From an uncultured virus (IMG/VR IMGVR_UViG_3300030090_003678) (Duplodnaviria > Heunggongvirae > Uroviricota > Caudoviricetes), in IMG/VR virus record IMGVR_UViG_3300030090_003678, positions 56,945-76,944 of that record: 20,000 nt of DNA; one strand, given 5' to 3'. The position numbers and the translations under genes were made by a program. This document shows positions 1 through 9,400 of this stretch, piece by piece (within the stretch, counting starts at the first letter, position 1; every line of letters starts with the position of its first letter). The notes beneath the pieces were generated by a model that saw only the letters and a program-made list of their open reading frames with translations, had not been told where the DNA came from and did no database searches.

Positions 1-407
1 TCTCCCATAAAGTATTCATTTTTATTGGGAAATACCCTCTCGCCTTCAGCATTAAAAAAAGTGGTTCCTTCTTGTTCTGTTTGAGTAACATTAATTTTTC
101 CCTTTTCAACCATGACCCTATTAAGAGGATCTTGCATTGGGCCATCTCCTTCTTCCCACATATCAAAATAACTTTGTCTTGTTTGACATAGTCGATGTAG
201 AGACCTGCTTTTTATACATTGATGTCTATCGCAAAATATTCCAGTTTGTGAGCCGCTAAACTTGCACTCGCATGGAGTTGTTACTGGAGGCTCGCTACCT
301 GCATATTCTTCTTCTGTTTTATTAATTGTAAAGACCTCTCTTCGCCCTCTCTTTTTAGGATATTTGGCTAAAGGGTTCTCGTCTTCACTCTTGAAAAAAC
401 CTGACAT
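1..407 (-). CDS. Hypothetical Cys/His-rich phage protein, partial (runs off the left edge of the window)
   Basis: Translated by hand; absent from the ORF track because its stop lies outside the window. ATG at 407-405, 10 nt after the TAG of the giant gene, with AGGA 8 nt upstream. Open for 135 codons: MSGFFKSEDENPLAKYPKKRGRREVFTINKTEEEYAGSEPPVTTPCECKFSGSQTGIFCDRHQCIKSRSLHRLCQTRQSYFDMWEEGDGPMQDPLNRVMVEKG...NEYFMG. Confidence 0.85.
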   Translation of the reverse strand, partial: MSGFFKSEDENPLAKYPKKRGRREVFTINKTEEEYAGSEPPVTTPCECKFSGSQTGIFCDRHQCIKSRSLHRLCQTRQSYFDMWEEGDGPMQDPLNRVMVEKGKINVTQTEQEGTTFFNAEGERVFPNKNEYFMG

Positions 408-415
408 TTTTTTAA

Positions 416-419
416 TCCT
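416..419 (-). promoter_or_regulatory. Shine-Dalgarno-like AGGA overlapping the TAG stop of the giant gene
   Basis: The minus strand reads TAGGATTAAAAAAATG; AGGA is 8 nt upstream of the ATG at 407. Confidence 0.55.
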
Positions 420-3400
420 ATTCGTGTATGTTTACATGCATTATTGAATCGCCATGTGTTCCGTACCTAAGTTCCATATCTTCAAAGTGTGGTCCTAGAT
501 AATGGGTCCAGCATTTTTCTTCGCATTGATGAAAGTTTAATGGACCTCTCTCATTGCAACATATCTGATCGAAACCTAAATAGAAATCCATATTTACTGG
601 TTTATTGCTATTGCCTTGTCTGCAATTATTTACCGGAGGTGGATATCCAATAATAATATCAAATGCTCCTCCATGCCTACTCCAAACTGCTCTCCAGTGA
701 GGATCTGCATATTCATTAAACTTTTCATTTTCTGCTTGTGGAGCATAAATAACTCCTTTAAAGTTTCTAGGAGCTAAACCTATTCCGACTTCGTGACCCA
801 TTAACATAGCTTCTGGAGACGATAATTCTAAGAACTTTTCTTTTTGAGTTATCAAGTTTAATTTTCTATCGTCAGCTGAATTTGCTACAGGTTTTCCAAG
901 ATACTTCACAGTACCCTTTACAATCTTAGTACATTCAGCAGGAGTCCTTACGTTCAAGGTGTTTCCACTACTATCAATACAAACAAATTCATTTATTATT
1001 TGTGTATCAATGGATGCTCCAAGAGTTAATCCTGCTTCTCCACATTCTTTCTTTGTTTTTTGTATAACTGGCCCAATAAACACTCCTGTTGGGCCGCACT
1101 CAGATGCTGTAACGCTTTCGGTTACTTCATTGCCATCAACTAAGTATATACATGTTCCAGCTTGGTCGTCACTAACATCTCTACATTCTTTGTATGGTCG
1201 GATTGATTCACATGAATCGCTCATATCACAAAGCCTAGCCATCTCCAAACTTTCCTGAGAGTCGTCAGGAACATAACTATCATCAGCAGGGAAATAAAAT
1301 GGGAACTGTTGATCCAACGTATTCAAGTCAACACACGTATCAAACACACTTGAATACGTAACATCTCTAACAGAACCGCATGTGTTTATCCACACGCCTT
1401 TTACCCAATCATAACCTCTTGATGTACAGGCAGTTTCGTTATCAATTTCGTAAAGGGTGCAGAAGTGTTGCTCGCAACCAGCTTTCGTGTCTACTTCTGA
1501 TGGAGGATCAGTAACTTCACCATTTGTATCTTCCCATTTAGTACCTTGTGGGAATTCACAACTTCCTAATCTGCTAGCTAGACCTCCTTCAGTTATCTTC
1601 TCTCCTTCTCCAAAGAATCCAGCATCTTTAGTAACCGTCTTTAATTTTTGTGATGGGTCATATTCCCAATCGCTTGCTTTTCCAAATCTAGGAGCTGGTT
1701 TATTTGCTTCAAGATTGCTTCTTAATTGAGATGCGTCATGAACAACCAACTCTAATTCATCATGAAGCGCAAACCTCGTCGCTGCTGTTACTGGCTCCCA
1801 CCAATGCCAGCCATTTTCTTTGCAGTCTTCCTTGTTGTCATATTTTGCATTTTGACAACCACGCTTTCTTACAACATAACTACCATCAGCTGGACCTCTA
1901 GGACATCTCATTTCCCTCTGTTCGTTGCCTGAGTCATCTTCATATTTTATTTCTACGCACTCAAAACATTGTCCTAGAGGGTTAGTTTTACTAGGAGGTT
2001 GACATGGATCTTGCAAATAGAACCCATTAATTTGACAGCCGACAGGACATCCTTCTACAAAGAAATCTTTTGCGTCTCCAGTTTTTTGTCCACCACTAAT
2101 TTCTAATGGTTTTAGATTTAATGGATCTTTGTATTTATACCCATCTTTTTCATCGTTTCGTCTTCCAATTACCCAATCGCCACCAAATATTCTTTCGCAT
2201 AAGAATTTGTCTCCATCCATTCCTAATGGACTTTCTGGGTCTCCAGTGTCTTCATATAATTGAACCCATTCTCCATTAGTTTGAAATTCAGCTAATCCTC
2301 CGGGAGTTACAGGGTTTGGTATTCCTCCAAATCCAACTCTATCACATTCATTTTTATCAGTAATAGGATCGCCATTAGAGTCTGTTATTCCTGTGTTTGT
2401 TGCTACATCTACACAAGCTCCTTCAGAACACTCATTTATGTCCATTCTGCTTACGTTCATGCCATAACGGTCATCAACACAGTATCCCATTCTTGTACCT
2501 TTGCAGGTGGCGGGATAAACTACGCTACCACTAATAACAACTTTTTCTGCATCAGCTAGGTCGTGGTCGTAGTGTGTAGCCACTTCTGTGTGCGAAAAAT
2601 GTGGTATCCAGAGATGTCCATTTCCAACACATGTTGAGTTATTTTTGTATGTATTATTTGTACAGAAGTAATCTTCATCTGAATAGATATTTTCAAATGC
2701 ATTAATCATGACTGGCTCAACTGGCAGTATCTCTGGAATTGGAGTGGTCATTCCTCCACCAGTATCTACCTCTTTGTACCTAAACATTCTATTCAGATTA
2801 TCAACGGTTGGTTTCGGACCAATTCTTCCCGGCTGTGTTATAGAACCAGTTGGATCTGTCCTTAAACTTTCAACATTAGATGGTCCCATAGGAACACCCT
2901 TTGGCCACATTGACATGTGTCTGCTAAGAGAAGAATGTGTCTGGTGATCGACCGGCCATGGATTCAAACCATATGGTTGGGGAAGCTCTAAATTCTGCTT
3001 CATGTTCATATAGTCAAAAGTAGTAGCCGATACTGGATTGCCGTTTTGGGTTCTTGTCCTATCGTAAATTCTAAGATGTCTATTTTTTCTAGGATTTTTT
3101 GTGATTAGCTTCGATACATCAGCAACCCTAATTTCCATATACTGACCGCTTCCACGACCCGCATCTCCATCTTTGTCTGGAATATTATCCCCTCTTGGGA
3201 TATCTGTATAGAGTATAGTTCCTCCAGCAGGTAAATATGGATTCCTTGATTTATTACTTCTGGAATAACTGCCAAATGTATCCGTTTCTGCTTGTTGTAA
3301 TTCTGCTAATCCAATACCAATCGGTGTGCCTTTTTCATAAGCGCAATGTCTGCCCCCAAACGTAGGTGGATAAGCAGGTATAACTAAAGTAGCCTCTCCT

Positions 3401-6400
3401 GTTTCTGGATCAACATCTTTAACATACCGAACGGTAAATTGCTCTGCTGGCTTGTTTGGAATTGGGTCAAATCCATACGATTGACATCTGTGACTTATAT
3501 CGCCACCAGTAGAACAAGCAACACCGCCGCTCCACAAAGGAGCGCGAATTGGTGGACTTCCTCCGCCTGTTCTGAAGGGGTAGTCTATTCCAGTGTATGT
3601 ACAACATTCCGTATCAACACATGCCCCACTTGGGCCACAATCATTTTTGGATATACATCTTCCAGCAAAAGTATATCTTCTTTCTAACGCACTAGGCTTT
3701 CCTGTTTTTCTCCAAGAGTCTCCGGTAATCAACCGTTTTGGTAAACATCCAATTAACCCTCCAGTATCGCAAGGTGGCACTCCCGTTACGCCATCAGTTA
3801 CGTTGTCAACCCTTAGACTCTCAGACCCCAAAAAAGATGTAAATGTACAATTTGTTATTTCTGCCCAAATTTCTAAACCATTTTGTCTATAGTTGTCTCC
3901 TCCATTAGGTCCAAACCCACCATCAACTATATCACCACTGTTATAAGCCGCCATTGAAGGTATAGAATTTCCACAGCCCATTACTAATCTAATAAAGTGA
4001 CCATCTTGTGGCAGACTAGGAGGTCTTGCATTTCTGAATACTAGGTCTGAACTTAGGCCATCTACTCGCACTCCGCCATTCATTCCTCCATATTGAGGCA
4101 TATCACAAGCGTTGCAGTCGGCATTTATTGCTACTAACTCATCTCCTGCTTTGAATGACGTATAGGGGCTAAAGTCTAAATTTGGTCCAGTTGGTTGGCA
4201 AGCTGAAGGCCATTTGAATCTATGCAAGCCTAAATCACATTGATGTGTACCAACTGTGTTCATTAAAGTCCACTCAGATCTCCAAACAACGCCATCATAT
4301 TCCATAGGGACATCTAAAGACTGTAATCCCGGACAAGTTTCATCTACAGGTTCATGGCTATTTGTATGGTCAACACAAGTTTCATCTGCCTCTGTTTGTA
4401 TATGGAGACCATAACATCCTGTATATGCATCATTATCATATCCTTCATCTCCATTTCCATTAACGTGACAAGTACCATCTCCAATGTCTTCAACGACTTC
4501 GGGTTCATATTTCATCTCAACAAAATTTGGATAACAAGAGCAAGGATCAAATGCCCAAATATATGCAGACTCAGGTGCATCTGAAACTTTAGTACATGTC
4601 GCTGTCAATGCTGAAGTGATCTGAACTACTTCCCCTACATTTTGGTCACCACAATTTTTCTCTTCTATCCCTGAACATGATTTTGCTTCTTTACATGGCA
4701 AATATGGATGTGAACAATTTCCTATAATATCGTTGTTATTGTCAGACACTAACGCTTCACAATAGGCATCTGCACAACAATCAGTTTCTTTGCCGTCTTT
4801 GTCTACTCCTATGTATTGTACTTGTGTGTTTCCTGTTTGACTAACAGTCTTCGTTTTGGATCGAGAGGTATAAACTGATGAACATTTTCTACAATTAGTT
4901 CCCCCACCCATGGTAGGTCTTTTTCTTAAAAACATATTACACTCAGAAACACCACCAGAGTGCGTTAAAGGAGTAAACGTTTCATCTTTACCATCACAAC
5001 CCTTTTTCCTCCATTTGAGGGTTTTAATCCGTCCACCATCTTCTGTGCATGTTCCAAATGTAATGTCAACATTATTTGGGTCTGCTATATGTCTTCTGAA
5101 CTCATCTTCGCATTCTGGCAAATCTCTAAGATCGCAAGGATGAAAAGTATCAGAACAACAATAACCTTCATTTTTTAATGCTTTTGCCGCATTGAAACTT
5201 TGGCTATCATCAGCAGTAGGAGCTTCACATTCATCCATGCCGCAGCCAATATAGTCTAATATCTCGCTAGATTGGCCAGTAACAGTTGCAACTAACTTGT
5301 TTGGCATAAAGTGGTCACAGCAAACAGGACATATTCCTTTTTGTTCTATTTGAACATAGTAATCATTTGCTCTTTCTTCCCATTTATATCCCGGACCGCC
5401 GAAACCAAATCTATATAGACTATCTATTTCATCATCTTCGTAATGTCCAATATACCCACCTTCAACACCAATATCTTCGTGATGTCCCCAATAATCAAAC
5501 TCTCCGGTGAATGGACATGTTTTATAAACACCAACACTCGGTTTTCCTTTACCTGAAGTAAGTTCACTACCAAGATCCAGTATGCCTAAATCGCCATACC
5601 AAGCTTGCGACCAACATGTCTTGAAAGGATCGTCATTATTTAAATCAACACAATCTGCATATCTTCCTTCAATAAACGTAGCGCCTTTAAACTCAAATCC
5701 ACTTTCTTCACAATCGGATTTGTTGTTTATTCCACCAACTACATCGCCATCGTAGTCATAACATTTTCCTTTACTTTCACATGCCTCTTTTTGTTCTTCT
5801 GTAGTTCCAGAATGAAGATCTTTGTCATTTAAAAGTTTTGCGTCAGCATCTTGACATCTATTAACATAAAGCTGGTTTTTGTGGTCTACATCAACGCTAG
5901 GGTCGTACATGGTATATACTTGCGCGAGTGCATCACAATCTTCTTTTTTCATAAATGCATTGGCGTTTGACTCGTATCCTAGCACTACAGTACAAGTACC
6001 ATATAAAGCACAATTTATTTCTGCTTCATTATCTGCGGTCTTTTCGTCATCTTCAAAAGTGTCATAGTTTCTCCAAGAAGTCGTCCATCTCTCAGCAAAG
6101 TCCGTACAGTCTGCTTTACTTTTTGGATTTCCGTTTTCGTCTAATGCACCAGTTTTATCTATGGTGTTAAAACATATACCAAGAGCATCACAATCTGCTT
6201 CCGCACAAGCCTTTCCTCCATCAGATTGCGTTTTATAACAAGTATGTTCTTCGTCTATTGGAGCGCCTGAAGCTTCACTATTTGTTATGGTATCGCCTGT
6301 TGGAATATGAGTAGACTTTCCATTATTTTGGAATGAGAGCTTGCCGGTATATGTATCTAAACAACGAAATTGTGCAGGTTCTTGAGATGGTATTCCCTTA

Positions 6401-9400
6401 TTTTCTGCCAGCTTTTTAGTGATCCAATTGACTTGTTCAGGCGCTTCTGCTGCACCCATACCAAGTCGATAGTTCATAATACAACCTTCTTCAACTTCCT
6501 CTACACATTCAGTTGTATCAATATTTGCTTTGTTTATTATCCTTCCATCTACTGGATACTTGTCGCATGTATATAAGTCGAATGTGTCTAATGTTACATT
6601 TTTAATAACAAAGAAGTCAGCTGGTGGAGGAATTTCACCATTAATTATTTCACCGGAACAAGCGTAGTATTTACTATCGCAACTGAGTTCCCATGTACCT
6701 CCGCCGCCTTCCCATACTCCACCACATCCCGGAGGGCCATCTGCATCATCTTTTACACAACCACACTCTTCTCCCGGAGCTTTATCTTGATCAACAGTAA
6801 ATCCTGAAGGACAGTTCCCATCATCATCCTGCATCTTGCATATATCGGCATCAGCTTCGCAATCAGTCTTTCTGTCACATACTGTTCCATCTTCTCTTTT
6901 CTTTGAACATTTTCCATACTCACACTCTAACTTACTTCCTGCATCAGTTGATGCGTCCCATTTATAAACAGGTCCAAGACAGTCCTTTTTCTCTAGATCA
7001 ACTTCTGAGTCGTCAGACAGTCTAATACATTTGCCTTGAGAATCGTCTAGGCAAGCAGACGTATACGGACATATAGAATCTGGCCATACTAAGTTTTCAC
7101 AATTTGGTCCGTCGCACGGGCTGTAAAGTTTATCTTCCCATTGCATCTCTTGCCAATCCTTCTGGTACATAACATTGGCAGCAAAATTGCCCATGACATT
7201 GTAGGTATGTACCAAGTCTCCATCTTTTAGCAAATGGTTCCTTGAAGTAATTTTGATTGGTTTTTCGTTGCTGGCATATTGGATTCGTTTGTGTTGCTTG
7301 ATTCCTAAGCAGTGGTCATTGACATAGCTAGCCATTTCTCCCTTTGGGAATAGACCAGTATCGTGCCAGTAACTCATTGAGTTGCCGATATCGTTTCCTT
7401 CTGATCCAAGAATTCTTCTTGAATATCCTCCTCCTACTTTGTCACTAAAACCTTTCTTTATACTACTTGTATCAACAAGTCCACTTGTTGAAGGTCCAGA
7501 AGGTCTGGCTTTAATGATTCCTTCCAGCTCTCTTAGCGGATAGCTTGAATCAGAACCTCCAACGCTAGCACCAGTCCAAGTATTATCCCCATCTCTACCG
7601 TTACAAGCTTCTTCTGTCTCATAATCTTGGATTAATGTACCGTCTTCTAGCAGACATTGACCTAGCTTTTTCCCTAATACGATATCTACGAAAGCTTCAG
7701 GTACTGGTTGAACTTGAGGACATTCTTGGTTTTCTGCAAGAGCAATGCCTGCTGGAGAACATCCGTCATTCCAATTTCCTTCAGCCCCTCCTTCATCCAT
7801 AGGCTTTACGCACTCTGCTTCGGTTTTTGCCTCTTCCCATATGGGAGTAGCTTGTTTTTCTACAACATCTTTGAAGTTTACTAGCTTTCTGCGATCACAT
7901 CCTTCAAACCATTCACAACAAATGTTGAAGTCTCCTCCTGAAGCTGCGCAATCTTCTGGCGTAGCGTGTTCAAAACTTCCATCAGCTGCAACACAAGAGC
8001 CTGTTTTTCCACAACTTGCTTTAGTTTGCTCTTCACATTCAGGGCAAGAAAGGTTATTCGTCCAGCCATCGAATGGAACCCAACCAACCCACATAGCACC
8101 ATTACCATAGCCGCAATCACCTCTTCTCAAGAAACCCACATGATCATCAACATATTTTTTAGCTTTTGTGGCTACTTCATTACAAAAGCCATCATATTTT
8201 TTTACTGCGATAGGACCCGGACCTGTAGTCATTTCATCCCATGCCATGAAATCATAATACATGAAATAATCTGGACCATAATTCCAGAACCAAGTACCAC
8301 CACCAGCCATATGCCCTAATACATAAGCAGTACATGCTTGCCAATATTTATGATGTGCAGCAGCTTGATCAGGGCCTTTAGCTCTATTTTGTTTTTCTTC
8401 CGTCGCTTTGAATGGTTGAGGTTGTATGTTGAACCCATAGAATGCATCAGCTCCTTTGGCATTCATCAACTCGCCAAAGTATTCTCCTTTGTTACTATTG
8501 TAGTAATGATACGCTTGACATTGATCCTTACCACCATCCGCAATACCATCATAGTTTGCATCAGGATAGGCGCACCAATGCTGATGTTGTATGCCTTCTA
8601 TAGCATCTCCCGGAAAATATCCTATTGGGCCTTTCATCGCAAGCGGAGGAGCAGATCCACCAGCGCCTTTTTGAAAAAGCTCATTTACTGGGTTGCCCAT
8701 TTGGTCTCCCATTTTAGGGTCCCACAAAGGCTGAGATTCTGGCCAACCAGAACGAAGCTGAGATTCTTTTCCGAGAGTTAGATTAAAGTTAGAACAATTC
8801 ATAAACTGATCTACAGGCAAAAAGAGCATCACCTCTTCTCCACATGTAGTATCAAAATAATTGTCTTGTTGTCCCTTTATATCGTATGGGTCTGGTCTAG
8901 GAACACCTTTTTCTAAGCAAGCACCCCAAAAGTTACAGGGACGTATTGTAAGAGTCCAATAGCTTTCACCATCTAAATGGAATAGAACTCTATCATTTTG
9001 GTTTCCTACTGATGTGCAAGTACCTTCTGCGCCAGTTTGCGGAGCGTTGCTTCCAGTAATAGTAGAAGGCGAAAGAATCACCTCTGAATAAGGAGTTATA
9101 CAAACAGTATTTTTTCTTGTGTTTGCTGCTCCACCAGATATTTGCGGAGTGTGAAAAGGATGATCTTCATCTAATAAAGTTTGTCCACAACAAGACTGGC
9201 GTTCATATTCCCAATCAACAAAATCGTAAGGAATGAAAACATTTGGATGCTTCCAAATCCTTTCGTCGATTTCAAGACATTCTTCTTCTGTAGCAACATC
9301 TCCTTCCCAAACATCGCCAAACGCACCACTATAACAACCAGCGTATACTTCTTCCCCAGAATAAAGAACACAATTTTCTTGAGTTTCATAATGCCAATCA

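Noticed and set aside
418..420. Stop-codon reassignment (TAG or TGA read-through), as in some large phages
   Set aside because: The standard code already gives >99% coding density, and the TAG is followed by an SD-like motif and an ATG in another frame.
5690..5770. NNKSDC..F resemblance to the extracellular loop of voltage-gated Ca/Na channels
   Set aside because: Only a few residues match and there are no TM helices. It is one instance of the local module and could be convergence at most.
6619..7173. Inteins or introns as the explanation for the in-frame insertions
   Set aside because: There are no intein terminal motifs (C/S start, HN-C/S/T end), no homing endonuclease motif and no interruption of the reading frame.
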